DNA of 64,000 nucleotides from Callorhinchus milii (lineage: Eukaryota), in contig NW_024704743.1 in the NCBI RefSeq assembly GCF_018977255.1, forward strand, positions 14,882,001 to 14,946,000, written 5' to 3'. Position 1 is the stretch's first letter, and the number at the start of each line of letters is the position of its first letter. Positions 38,621-51,868 of this stretch are shown here, in pieces. Position numbers and translations under genes: made by a program. The notes under the pieces were generated by a model. The model searched no databases and was not told the origin of the DNA. It was given only the letters and a program-made list of their open reading frames with translations.

Positions 38621-38711
38621 GAAGGAAGGAAGGAAGGAAGGAAGGAAGGAAGGAAGGAAGGAAGGAAGGAAGGAAGGAAGGAAGGAAGGAAGGAAGGAAG
38701 GAAGGAAGGAA
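38621..38711. repeat. (GAAG)n microsatellite
   Basis: Perfect tetranucleotide array of ~90 bp. Confidence 0.98.
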
Positions 38712-38918
38712 CTACTTCCACACAGCAAATATTAAGTGTGCTGTGATTTTGTCTTTGATGGTGCTTGTTCATTTGCATCAAAGCTAATTCCAAATATGAA
38801 TTCCACACTTCTTCACAAAACAACAACCGAAAAATAACTATGAAACAAAACAAATTTAGATTGAAAGCCGTACTAGGTAAAAGAGGAATTTATTTTCCTT
38901 CTCAAAGCCTGTAGCAGA

Positions 38919-39295
38919 GTCCTGTAGCTTAGTGGATAGAGCACTCGCCTCACAAGCAAGAGGACTTGGTTTCGATTCCCAGGCAGGGCAAAATGTTGGG
39001 CAAGTTTCCTTACTCCACACGCCTATGTTTACCTAACAGTAAGTAGGAACCCGATTGTTAGTCGATTGACGGGGTAATAATCCCTTCCAAAAAAAATTAA
39101 GAAAAGATAATAATAATTTAGTCATTCAATCCACGACGGTTTGTGGGACACTGCTGTGCGCAATTGGATGCCATGTTTTGCCCACAAAATGTGCAGTTAA
39201 TTCATTTTACAGTGTGTTCTGTGAAGTGCTTTGAAACTTCTTGAAGACATGATAAGGCACTATATCAAATACAAGGATTAATATTATTATTATTA
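38919..39295 (+). mobile_element. tRNA-headed SINE, long form
   Basis: Complete head, central block, Deu block and (ATT)n tail. Confidence 0.9.
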
Positions 39296-40227
39296 AATCC
39301 AATAGAAAGTATATGGATGGAGAGCAATTACTGTTCCATCTCCATGAGCGAAGAGAAGGTTTTCTCCAGCAGTTTACACTGTTTGTACTGTGGTTACTGT
39401 GACCTAGTTGCTCTAGTGTGCTAGGGTGTGCGTAGCTGCTTTACAGATCTGCTCAGATACCAAGCTGTGCAGCGGATGGTGGGAGTTCTAGTTGTCTTCA
39501 TACCTCAGCCCGGCTGACAGTATCCATTGAGAACAACACCGCTCGGTGGGGAAGAATGGGCTTGCTATTTTTAATCCACGCTTGCTGTGTAGGAGCAGGA
39601 TAACGTGCTGGGTGTTGCTATGGGAGCAGCACATTCCCAGACTGAGATGCGCAGAATGAAAGTGGCTGAAGGAAGTGGTATTTCAGCTCTTTCCTACAGG
39701 GTTGTTGCACAGGTGTTTTTAACTTTACACCTCAATTGCAGAGCCTACTGTTTCACTAGCCCAAGGGACAAGTCTAGGTGTGTGTGATGGTGGGGTGCAG
39801 CATATGTCAACTGAAAAAGCAGAGTCACTATATTTGACATCACACATCACACACACACACATGCATAGGAGCAAAGGTTTGTTATTTTTAAGCATTCCTT
39901 GGGGTTGTATTTCTGGTAACTGTACCATACTTGAATAAAGATCTATGTGTGGTGGTTGCAAGTCGTTTTTTTGCCTCCAAAACATTAACAACTGAAGATT
40001 GTACTTCTTCTCTATGCAGGAACAGAATGATTTTTTTAGGACATCTTGTTCTAACACGCCCACAGCTCCTTTCATATGACCTCAAAATATAGGCCAGCAC
40101 CATGGGGAAATGAATAACTCTGAATCCTTTATTCTCAGAGGATGATGGTACTCAACTGCAGGCAATGTAGGGGACAACAGGCAGACGGCATCCAACTATA
40201 TCAGATAACGCAGGGGGCAACAGGCAG

Positions 40228-40565
40228 ACGGCCGGGTTTGATTCCCAGGTGGGGAGAAAATTTAGGCAAGTTTCCTCATTCCACATGGCTCTGTTTATCA
40301 AGCAGTAAGTAGAAATCCAGTTGTTAGTCGATTGGCAGATCACTTTTCCTGGGGGTAATAATCACTTCAAAAAATAAATAAATAAAAATAACAATTTAGT
40401 CACTTAATCCATGACTGTTTGAGGGACACTGCTGTGTGCAATCGGCTGCCGCGTTTCGCCCACAAAATACACAGTCAATTCACTTTACAGTATATGCAGT
40501 GAAGTGTTTTGAGACATCTCGAAGTCATGATAAGACGCTATATCAAATATAAGGATTATTATTAT
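40228..40565 (+). mobile_element. SINE long form, head truncated
   Basis: B-box remnant through (ATT)n tail. Confidence 0.85.
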
Positions 40566-42724
40566 AACTTGCATTTATATAGCGTGCTTCACACAGTGAC
40601 ACCTTAGAGCACTTAACAGTGAAGAAGATTGCAGCCGAGCTAGAGAGGGAGGAAGTGAGCATAGGCACAGTCAAAGAGTCTGTGTCTTTACTACCTTTCA
40701 CAGTCACAGTCACAGTTTTTACTACCTTTCACTATCTTTTAAACTCACGGCTATTGCCTGTTTGTGATGGGGCTTCACCTAGACCCGCACCTGCACCAAA
40801 AGCACCAGCAATGTATGCAAGGAGATTTCTGGAATCTTGTTCCCAATCAGGAGAAGGAAAAGGAGGAAGAATTAGAAAATGAGTGATGAGGAGAAAGGGT
40901 AGCTTACGGAAATGATGGTAGGCTAACATCCTCCTCCGCCTCCCCCAAAAAACAGCATGACCTTCCAACTCCACAGTAAACAGGACAGCGTCACTCAGAC
41001 CAAGACACCTCAGAGGGCAAGGTCGATGATGGGACAGCACTTCAGTGAGCACCAGCCATGGCAAAGGTGAGGGTGAAAGGGAGCGGGAGATGGTGCCACA
41101 CAGGAAGGCAACTGGAAGACATTTGCCATCCTAACCTATTTATTAATGAGGATCCCACCCATAGATTGCCAATGCAATATTTGAGGATATTTAGTCTAGA
41201 TATGAATCCCTATTACAAGAAACTGTACAGCAATGCCCATTCTGAGCTCGGAGTTGTTTGCTATTGAAGCCAATGAATCTTCCCAACTAAGCGCTCAATG
41301 TCTATCTCTGAAGAGAAGTCAGTGTCAACCACAGCAAATGCTAAAGGTAGCTAGACATCTGTAATCTGTTCCAGGCTAGTCCATTTCTGGTTTTCGGTTA
41401 AAACACATGAAAATACTGCAATAGAGATTATTTGTTTCTAAAGATCAATCTTTATTCTATATTTTTGAAACTACAGCAGCAAAGCAAATACTCAGAATTA
41501 CATGCTTCTGATCATATTAGAAAAATATAAAGTACTCCGAGAGTGGAAGAAAATTTTGTGTTAAAAAGGTGTATTAGTTGGGGGTTGAAAATATGATGTT
41601 TCACAACTAACGTATTCAGTCTGTTTTGAAATATTGTATAATGATTTTCATGCTGTATTTTCTCTATGTTGAGTCTAATTGAATACTTGAAAGAACCTAA
41701 ATTTAAAAATCTGTTAAATCAAATTTATAAATTGCAGATATCAGGCCGAGTGAAAGCTAAAGGAAATTTAATATAAATCATAATCTGACCTAATTTGGAC
41801 CAGAAAAATTCTAATTTGGACCAAAATTAGTTAAGTAGGTGAGAGGGGAGAGTGGGGAAGGGAAAGGTAACCATAGATGTGGTCAAAGACCTCTGACTTG
41901 ACGACAGAATTTGAATGCTCATACAGAACAGAGGTGGGCAAAAAGTCCAAGTTACTCAAGCAGAATGGGCGAGCAGAGGATTGGGGTAATAATGATAATA
42001 ATAATCCTTATATTTGGTATAATACCTTTCAAGTTAGGAGGATGACTCAAAATGCTTCATATGATATACTGTAAGGTATCGTGACCGTGTATTTTGGAGG
42101 CAAATACTTCAGCCAATTTGCATACAACAATGTCCCACAAACAGCAATGAAGCGAATAACCAATTTCATTTGGGGAACGATTGGACAGGACATCAGGAAA
42201 ACTCCTTCTCTTTTTGAATAACATTGTGGCATCTTTAATGTCCATCTGAACAGGCACGAATGAGGTGGAGATCGGAGAGATAGGGAGGACCTAGAGTGTG
42301 AAGGGATTTATAGATATGGGTGAGGACCTTGAAACTGATCGGCTGGGACTGGTGAGGACTGGGATGACAGGCATGCGGTGTTTGGTACAGGTGAGTATGT
42401 GGACTTCAAACTTTGGATACGCTGGAATTTATGGATAGCGGTGCGAGGGAAAACAGAATTAGTTCCTCGGTGTAGTAGCATGATCTTTGTCTGTGTTGAC
42501 GGTTATCATTAAAGATTTTAGTGTAATAAAGCCACCTCTTTCATCATCATGTCAACCTTATGTCTACCATGGCCTCTCTCAGCTGTATTAGCTGGTGTCA
42601 GAAGTGGAATGCGGTGTGCTAAAATATCCTTGATATCCTGATCAAGTGACCAAAACTGCACACACTATTCTGGAGGTTGTGATCAAATCAAATTCTAATA
42701 CAATACAAATTTACATTTATGTAC

Positions 42725-43413
42725 AACAACAACAAAATTACATTTATATAGCGCCTTTCACGTCAGGAGGACGTCCTAAGGCGCTGGACAGACAGAGTTA
42801 CAGACCCGAGCTGAGGGTTGGGGTGGGGAGGGAGGAGGGCAGGGGAGGAAGCAGGGAGATCGAAAACATGGTCGAAGAGGAGGGTCTGGAGGTGAGTCTT
42901 GAAGGTGGCGAGGAAGGGGACGAGACAGAGGGACTGCGGGATGGAGTTCCAGAGGGTGGGCTCAGAGTGGCGGAAGGCCCACCCGCCGAGAATGGGGCAA
43001 GCGAAGCGGGGGACATGAAGCAGGCCAGAGTACGCTGAGCGGAGGGAGAAAACAGGATGGTATGGGGTTAGGAGGTCGGAGTGGTAGGAGGGAGAAAGAC
43101 CATGGAGGGCTTTGAAGGTGAGGACCAGGATCTTGAACTGTATCCTGTGTGATGGGAAGCTAGTGGAGTTGGGCGAGGATGGGGGTGATAGTATCATGGA
43201 GCCTAATGAGGGAGAGGACACTAGCTGCAGAGTTCTGGATGATCTGCAGCCTATGGAGGGAGGAGTTGGGGAGGCCGACAAGCAGGTAGTTTGCAAAGTC
43301 GAGCCTCGATGTAATGAAGGCGTGTATCAGGGTTTCTGTGGTCTGCAGTGTGAGAGAGTTTCAAGCCGGGCGACGTTGTGGAGGTGGGGGAAGGCAGAGC
43401 GGGTCATGGCGCG
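42725..43413 (-). mobile_element. L2 3' end nested in an older L2 tail
   Basis: IQFKILVLTFKALHGL, TLWNSIP; ATGTA on both sides; host tail resumes GTGCCTTTCAC at ~43420. Confidence 0.88.
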
Positions 43414-44159
43414 AATGTAGTGCCTTTCACAATAAGAAGAGGACATCCTAAGGCACTGGACAGTCTAAGGTTTGCATCTGAGCTTGGGTTGAAGCTGAGT
43501 GAGTGGGGGCAAGGGGCTGAGACGAAACAGATGGCCGAAATCATAATACTTAAATTGTTAGAATCTCTTTGCATTAATACTCTATCTATCTGCTAATGCA
43601 ATCAATAATTTAATTGTCTTTCTTCAATATGACATGGCAGTGGATTGATGGTTTTACTAATTTATCTACAATAACTGCTAGACATATTACCTCATTAAAA
43701 TCCTACTGAGAATGAATTAGCAAAAGGCATTCAGATTTTTTTTCCAGAGTTCAGAATTTGGTTGGAATTCAGACTCCTTCCCCCCTACATATATACAAAA
43801 CCACACATACACACATAAACATACAGAAGATACAAGCACACATATGGGTACATTCACCGGCACACACCATCCATTTGCTCACATACATCCATGTCCACAC
43901 ATACAGGATTATTATTATTACATGCACAGACAAATTTAAATAAACACACACATAAAATATACATGCACACACATAAATACTGCTAAGCTTTACATTTGAT
44001 ATAATAATAATCCTTGCATTTGATATAGCGCATTATCACATATTCAAGGTCTCAAAGAGCTTCAAAGAATATACTGTAAAGTCAATTGACTGTATATTTT
44101 GTGGGTGAAACATGGCACCCAATTGCACACAGCATTTATGATGATATATGTCATCAAGA

Positions 44160-44515
44160 CATCTCAAAGCGTTTCACTGTAAAGTGTAGTAACTGTGTAC
44201 TTTGTAGGCTAATGGGCAGCCAATTTGCACAGGCCAATGTCACAGAAACAATCAAGAAGTGAATGATCAATTTTATAAGGAGGATTATTGGCCAGGACAC
44301 CTGGAGAAACTCTCTTTGCTTTTCTAATAGTACAATAGAATCTTTAACCTACACCCGAACAGCCATCTCATACGAAGGACTGCAGCAATAATCCAGCACA
44401 CCCCCAGTACTGTATTGGAGTGTTAGACTCGACTGTGAGTTCAAAGTCCGGAAGTGAAGGTTGAACTCACAACTTTCTGGCTCAGAGGTGAGAGTGCTAC
44501 CAACTGAGCCAGGCT
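44160..44515 (-). mobile_element. Old Deu-domain SINE
   Basis: Head GCCAGCCTGGCTCAGTTGGTAGCACTCTCACCTCTGAGCCAGAAAGTTGTGAGTTCAA (minus). Confidence 0.8.
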
Positions 44516-46034
44516 GGCACACAATAAACACCTTACATGGATACAACCTTCCCACAATGACGAAAAAGTAACCCCCTCAGGTAAGAAATAGACTGCATGA
44601 AGTATATTACTTCAGATCAACAGGTCCCATAAAGTGTTCAGGAAAAGTTCATTTGAAATACAGTCTCCTCCCTTCTCCTCATATCTTGTTCAGATAATGA
44701 GCTCCTTTGGTGAACACCCTCTATTCTTACATAGACAATTACATTATAAATTACCATTAATAGTGCAAAATGTACACATGGAAGAAAAGAGCATTTTTAT
44801 TTAAAAATAATGCATATGTTTAAACAGAATTTCACTGCACATATAATAGATTCTTCTAATACCTACCCTGCGGCATTTCAGGCAGGGCTGTGAGCTTAAG
44901 CATCTTGCTTGCCTTGAATCCCTGCTTCATCTGTGAAAGTTTCATTTCTCATATGTACATCATGTGATTTTAAATATCATCCATGGGGGGGATAAATATC
45001 CAGATTTCAATTTTTCTCTGAATTCACACAGGGAATAACAAAGTAGCACAGCAGCAATAACTTTAATCTCATTGAGGTTCTCCAGCTCGGCTTGCAAACC
45101 TCGGGAGGGAGATTAGAGAACTGCTTTCTGTGCTCCGGTTTCCGAGAAATCTTTAATCATACTGTCATTCATTCAATCTTGGTCTGTGCTGACTCCAGTT
45201 ACATGCCTTCTGCCATCTTATATCTATTTTTGTTTCAGCACCTGAAGCCCCGCAATGCATTTTTGCCTCTTGTTCTTCAAAGAATTTGCAACTCAGTTAT
45301 TACTCCACCGTCCTGAAATCCTCGATTATAACAAAAACCTTCCTGTGGCTTTGATGTGGCGAGACTTGGCGGGGAAGGTTATTTGCAGAGGTGAATAAAG
45401 ACATTGTAGAGACCACATGGCGATACCAGTAAATGGTAAATCATTCGTCGTCACTCCCCGCAGTATGAGTACAAATCTTTATAAAGACAAATTGAATCTG
45501 GGTTGGGAGAAATTAGTGTTTTATGATGTAATCTAAGTTCACACAACACAATAGCAGAACCAAATTTAGGTTTGCTCAGTTATCCTGCATATGATAGCAT
45601 TATTCTACTAAAGAAGCAAAATAAATTACATTTCTATGGCATCTTACCATATCAAACTGTCTCAAAGTGCTTCACACGTAATTGCAGTCAAATGTAGTGA
45701 TTGTTGTAGTGGGGGCAGAGTGGCAGAATGAGGAAAAGATAAATGAAATAATGGTTAAGAAATGCCTAACTTGATTTAAAAAATAATGGCCCCACTTTCT
45801 GGAACCACCCCTCCCTCCCCAGGTTCAAAGCCTGCATCAAGACTTACCTCTTCAACTTTACTTTCGGTCATATTCCCCCTCCCCCATTACCAACTTCTTC
45901 AGCTCCCATCGCTTAGCTCTGGTGCCCAGCCAGCAGTGTAAACCACTCTTCCCTATGTGAAAGGCACTATATAAATTTAAGTTGTATTGTATTGTAAAAG
46001 CTCGACTGCAGGACGAAGGGAAGACTTAGGGGAA

Positions 46035-46400
46035 CAGCAACAACAAAATTACATTTATTTTCACGTCGGGAGGACGTCCCAAAGCGCTGAACAGTCAGGT
46101 GTCGGGGCCCGAGCATGGGGGAGGGGTGGTGTAGGGGTGAGGGAAGGCATAGAGGTGACCAAAGGCACAATTGAAGAGAAGGGTCTTGAGACTGACCTTG
46201 AAGGAGGCAAGGGAGGAAGCGAGGCGAAGGGACCGTGGGATGGAGTTCCAGAGTGTGGGGGCAGAGAGGCTGAAAGCTCGGCCACCGATGGTCGGGCGGG
46301 TCGGGCGGGAGACATGGAGCAGACTGGAGCCCACTGAAAGTTGGTAGGGAGTCAGTAGGTCAGAGAGGTAGGAGGGGGCAAGGCCATGGATGGCATTAAA
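46035..46400 (-). mobile_element. L2 3' end
   Basis: [31 protein letters not shown], tail stem-loop. Confidence 0.88.
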
Positions 46401-46879
46401 GGGAAGTAAAGGGACGCACAGACTTGAGGTCCTGGGAAAGAATGAGTTTAAGTTGGAGAGGGGCATTGAATGTTATTTCGACACAGCGAGGATTCAGAGA
46501 AGAGGAAGAGCATGTAGCAGCGCAACGTTTTGGAATTTCTGGAAGGAGTAAGAGAGGAAGATTCAAGAGAACAGAGACCATAGTGGTTTCAATAAAGAGG
46601 AGAGAAAGACAAGACAGATACCAGGAGATCAATATTTAATCAAACAGAAAGTGAAAGGGTCAGCAGCCACGTTTAGTCACTGTGTAGCTGTTCATTTTTA
46701 CAGCTAAATGGAGTGGTGTGATTTTTTTTCACAGCTCCCACTGCATTTCACCATTCCCTGTTTATCTGAATATAATGTGGGCTAACTTGTGGTGTTTTGT
46801 GACTGATTCCGTGATCAGGAATCTGAGTTGTCTAAATAGGGGCTCCTTACGGTAATCGGAAATACATCACATCACATCC

Positions 46880-47252
46880 TGTGGTGTCCTGTCATGTACT
46901 GGTTAGAGCATTCGCTCCGCAAGCAAGAGGACGCTGGTTCGATTCCCGGCCAGGGCGAAAACTCAGGCAAGTTTCCTTACACCATACTGCTTCTGTTTAC
47001 CTAGCAGTAAGTAAAAACCCAGTTGTTAGTTGATTGGCGGGTCGCTTTTCCGGGGGTAATAATTCCTTCAAACAAATAAATAAATAAAATAATATTAATA
47101 TAATCACTCAATCCATGACAGTTTGGCTGCCACCTTTCGCCCACAAAATATACCGTCAATTCACTTTACAGTTTATTCTGTGAAGCACTTTGCAACATCT
47201 CGAAGACGTGATAAGGAGGTGCTATATCAAATGCAAGGATTATTATTATTAT
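46880..47252 (+). mobile_element. tRNA-headed SINE, long form
   Basis: Head variant GAGGACGCTGGTTCGATTCCC shared with the 30815 copy. Confidence 0.85.
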
Positions 47253-47761
47253 TCACCCACAGGAGCTCTGCACCGCTCTGAGAGGATTTATTTCTGGAGC
47301 ATGGTCAAGTCCAGGTCCAGTAGGTCAACGGGAATTCTACTGGGATTTTATACTAAGGAAACTAATTTAGATATCGCAAATTAGACCCCAGATGAGTATT
47401 GTTTCTCAATGTTTCTTAAGTCTTTCTTCATAGAAACATAAAATGTCATGGTTGGAGTTAACACTAAAGTCATTGTATACACCTGGTAAGTCTCCCATAT
47501 CCGCTCTACCTTTCAGTAGTCATCACCCAGTATGGAGAGTGCAGACTAATCACTGTACTGCACCCAGGAAGGATTTGACTGCCTTCATGAGTCTGTTTGT
47601 CCTCAATGAAGTTCACAAGATCAGTCGTGTTGTGAAGGTATCTGTCGTGCAAGTATCAAACGTTAGCAGCCATGTAATTGAGTACACACGATCTCAGCGT
47701 GATCGCTATGAAATCTGACAGGCTTGACAGCCAGTAAATCAGTCAGTAAATGTAATGATGT

Positions 47762-48071
47762 TAATAATAATCCTTGCATTTGACATAGTGCTTTTCACGT
47801 CTGCTAGACATCTCAAAGCGCTTCACAGAATATACTGCAAAGTGAATTGACTGTATATGTGTGGGTGAAACACAGCAGCCATTTGCGCACAGCAGTGTCC
47901 CACAAACAGTTGTGGATTGAAGTGACCAATTTACTATTGTTTTTTTTCTTGAGGGACTATTATCAGGCGTGAGGAACAAGGAAACTTGCCCAAGATTTTG
48001 CTCTGCCGGGAATCGAACCCAGGTCTCTCGCTTGCAAGGCGAGTGCTCTAACCACTGAACTACAGGATTCC
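47762..48071 (-). mobile_element. tRNA-headed SINE, short form
   Basis: Reverse-complement match to 13090-13421. Confidence 0.9.
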
Positions 48072-48699
48072 ATTTTCTTGGAAACAGAGGAAGGAAATGG
48101 GCTTAAATTCCATCCCTGGTTTCACATCCATCCTAACGCATTTCCATCTCTCAAAGAAAAAAGTATACAACTGCTAGACACCAACTTGGTGGTCTTTGGT
48201 GTCAGGGCAGCTTGTACAACTAAAGCAGGAGACATTTCTGCTGTTAATTACTGTAATTATTCTCCTGTTGAAAATGAAACATTACTGTTGCAGTTGTGAG
48301 ACTTCTTTCATTCCCTTCCCAGTAGGAGTGGTATGCTTGTAGTCCATTTCATGGTTCAATAACAGCACAAAGAATGTCAGGACAATACTTTTCTGGATCA
48401 TTTCTACAGTTGCTTTCAAAAAGGCTTCACTGTGCTCCTGGGGAACAGAAGTGTGGGCGTGGGGGGGGACTGGAGAGGAATGTGTGGGGTTTCTTTGGGG
48501 CTAAAATGGATCCAAGGTGACGTGCCTAGCAATAACATACTTGAATCAAGTCAATCCCATGTAGTGGTGTCGGTAGTCATTCTTGAGCCAGGCAGGTGTG
48601 CAGAACTCCAAGCCACTGTTAATGGCAGACCAGCCAGCCTGCTCAACAGCAAGATTTGCAGGAGCAGAGATATTTCCAACTTGGCATCTGTTAACCCTG

Positions 48700-49318
48700 C
48701 AAGCCAAAGCCCTAATGTACAGCATACACGCATTCATAACATCCAGGCTCAACTATGTAAACTCCCTGCTTGTCGGCCTCCCCAACTCCTCCCTACAACG
48801 GCTGCAGATCATCCAGATCTCTGCAAACCGTGTCCTCTTCCGCACCAGGCTCCGTGACCCTATCTCCCCACCCTCACCCGACTCTACTGGCTTCCCATCA
48901 CACAGTTCAAGATCCTGGTCCTCACCTTCAAAGCCCCCATGGTCTCACTCCCCCCTACCTTTGCAACCTTTTAACCCCTACCAACCTGCCTGCTCCCTCT
49001 GCTCAGCAGGCTCTGGCCTGCTTCACGTCCCCCGCCTCGACCGCCCCACCAATGGCGGGTGGGCCTTCAGCCACTCTATCCCCACCCTCTGGAACTTCAT
49101 TCTGCAGTCCCTCAGCCTCGCCCCCTCCCTTGCCTCCTTCAAGACCCATCTCAAGACCCTCCTCTTCAACCGTGCTTTCAATCACCCTCCTTCCCCCCCT
49201 GCCCTCTACCCTCCTCAATCCCGACCCCCAGTTTGGGTCCAAAACATTGACTGTCCAGCGCTTTGGGACGTCCTCCCGATGTGAAAGGCATTATACAAAT
49301 ATAACTTTGTTGTTGTTG
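48700..49318 (+). mobile_element. L2 3' end
   Basis: HAFITSRLNYVNSLLVGLP, TLWNFIL, GGGACGTCCTCCCGATGTGAAAGGC tail. Confidence 0.88.
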
Positions 49319-50059
49319 ATAATTCTAACTGGACAAGCAGTGGGAAGCTTGCCGGACAATGTTCACAATGGTAACCTGTGTGGTTTTAGCTGGTTTTAAA
49401 CTCAAGTATTTTCACCCACAAAATATACAGTCAAATCACTTTACAGTATATTCTGTGAAGCGCTTTGAGGTGTGATAAGGCACTATATCAAATGCAAGGA
49501 TTATTATTATATATCATGGCACACAGCCCCCGAGTTATCGCAGGTTATATCTACCTTCTGTTGGCAAACAGTGAAACATATGGAACTTTGCAAAAGGTGT
49601 GCGTCAGTGATCACATGTGGCTGAGATAAATGTTGGCAAAGGCACGAGCAGCTTAAAATAGCAGAGCTGAGCATGTGGCACGAGAGAGAGGCTGGCTCTA
49701 GGAATCAGCCATTGGAGTCACAGATCTCTCATGATCTCTAACCATTGACTGTGTTTTTGATAACCAGTGTTCTCCGATGACAATATACCAATTTTAACTG
49801 TTAAAAAAGTACATAAATGACTTAGGATATGGCAGGGAGAGTCGGAATCTCGCTTTGTCATGAGATTCTGCTTTATCTGCTGGCAACGTTCAAACTGATC
49901 ATAGGAAAAAGAAAAACAGATCTAAGAAAATGAGATGAGGATAGATGGCTTGGAAGATCAAACAACAACACAAAATAATAGGCCAAATGACCTACTAATG
50001 TACATCATATTGTCTAATGCCGATGAGCTTGAATTCTAAGAATACAAAATCACTGATAA

Positions 50060-51679
50060 ATGAGATATTCCCTGTGGTAATTGGAGGTGGAGATGGAGCA
50101 GAATTTAATAGAATCATTTGTTTAAACTCTGATTAGAGAGGTTGTGTCAGGAGCCTGTTGAAAATTCAGATCAAGGCATCAGGCTGCAAAACGATCCTCA
50201 GGAATGATTTTCCAGAAGTTTTTGTGAATCTCATTCTTCCTTGAGAGGAACAAAGGGTTACCCTGCAGTTCACTCATCTCCATCTAAAAATTCTTTGGTT
50301 GCTGCTCAATCAACACCTCCATCGGATTGTTGAATAGTTGGATGCTGGACTTGAGACCCTCAAAATCAGCAAATCTGACATTGAACTCATCCAATAGCTC
50401 TGCTATGATTTCCGAAAAGCTGCGAAAATCAGCCTTGTTAAACTCAGTTGCAAGTTCCATGCATTATGGAAAATGAGTGAGGTCGTTCTGCAAGAGAGAT
50501 GAGTTCAACAGTTGTAGCTTTATGCAAAACCTGTCGACATCCCATAAGGTGCGAAATATTCAGATTTCTACCTTGTAGTTGAAGATTGAAAATGTTATGA
50601 TGGCTTGTTATGTCTGTTAAGAAAGCGAATAGATAAGTTGGATTTTCTAATTCCTCTTCAAACTTTGTGGTGTTGCTCTTTACATATTCCTTAAGAAATG
50701 AAAGTACCTCCTTCCTAAGTGCAAAAAACTACACAAGACAGTTGCGCTCATTCAGGCAAAGCACTTCTGAATAAAGAGGTAAACCATGATATTCTGCATC
50801 TAATTCTTCGAGGAAGTTTATGAACATTCTGTGACTCTGTGCTCGATTTCCTCCACTTTGATGACACTAGTCATCACATGACTCATTTTCACTGATGTTT
50901 CTCAAACGGACTCCTGGTGTCTGATGCAATGGAAGGCAATACGTTCAATTCCATTTTGGCTCAGCAAACCTATCAAACCATTTTTACAGCCGGTCATTGA
51001 TTTTGCACCCTCCATCATGATGCAAGAACACTTCTGAAATTCACCGTATTTACTGACAGTTGAAGTAAGAACCTTGTAAATATCCAACCCCTTTCATCAA
51101 TGGTTTTGATGAAAATTAATAGTTGACTGATATTAGTAACGTCAGTGCTCTCGTCTAGAATTAATGAGAAGTACTTACATTTTTCAACGATTGTCCTGAG
51201 CTTTGGATTCACGTGTTCATTCATGCCATTTATTCTCCTTGGCACAATTTGGTGAGACAGTACTACACTTTCAGAATTAGTGGCCATTTTTACATCACCA
51301 AATGCACAATTTTTGTGCACAATTTTTTTACCATTTCACCGTCTCTAAATAACTTCTTAAACTTCGCTAGCTGGAGACAGATCTCATTATATGCAATCAA
51401 ACTGACAGCTTTTGTGAAAATGTGCTTTTGCTTTTGCATCTGGCATGTCCAGTCTTTGATGAGAGCAACACATGATTCTCCAGTATATTTGATATATTTT
51501 GTCTTGTGTTGTGTGTTGTAGTGCCTTCTGATGTTGAACTCCTTCAACATGGATATTACTTGCAAGCAAACAAGGCCCTGAGGTTTTCCGTTATTTTCAA
51601 TAAATAAGTAATAATTTTCCCACTTACACTGAAATCCTCTATTTTCCACTTCTATCTTCTGTTTCCTATAGAGACTCAT
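50060..51679 (-). pseudogene. hAT transposase pseudogene (GTF2IRD2/SPIN/Charlie-like)
   Basis: N-terminal FQCKWENYYLF...KPQGLVC...KEFNIRRHYNTQH zinc-finger-like region; FSLILDESTDVTNISQL (first catalytic Asp); EGAKSMTG; FHCIRHQE; spread over frameshifts. Confidence 0.88.
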
Positions 51680-51868
51680 ATTGCTGCTGAGCCCAGATTC
51701 TCCCTATATCTCCCCAGGTTACCCGAGGCACGAATAGCGCGGAACCTGACTGGGGGGGGGGCGAGGGGTTGGGGGGATGGGTTACAGTGGGTGGAAGTGG
51801 TAGCTGGAGCAGTTCTCCGGCTCTGCCCCTCTTCCTGCCTCATGCTGCTGCAGCGCGCAGACCAACCA

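Noticed and set aside
50060..51679. Domesticated GTF2IRD2/ZBED-type host gene
   Set aside because: Multiple frameshifts and stops, a degenerate DG motif and a retained transposon terminus indicate a fossil
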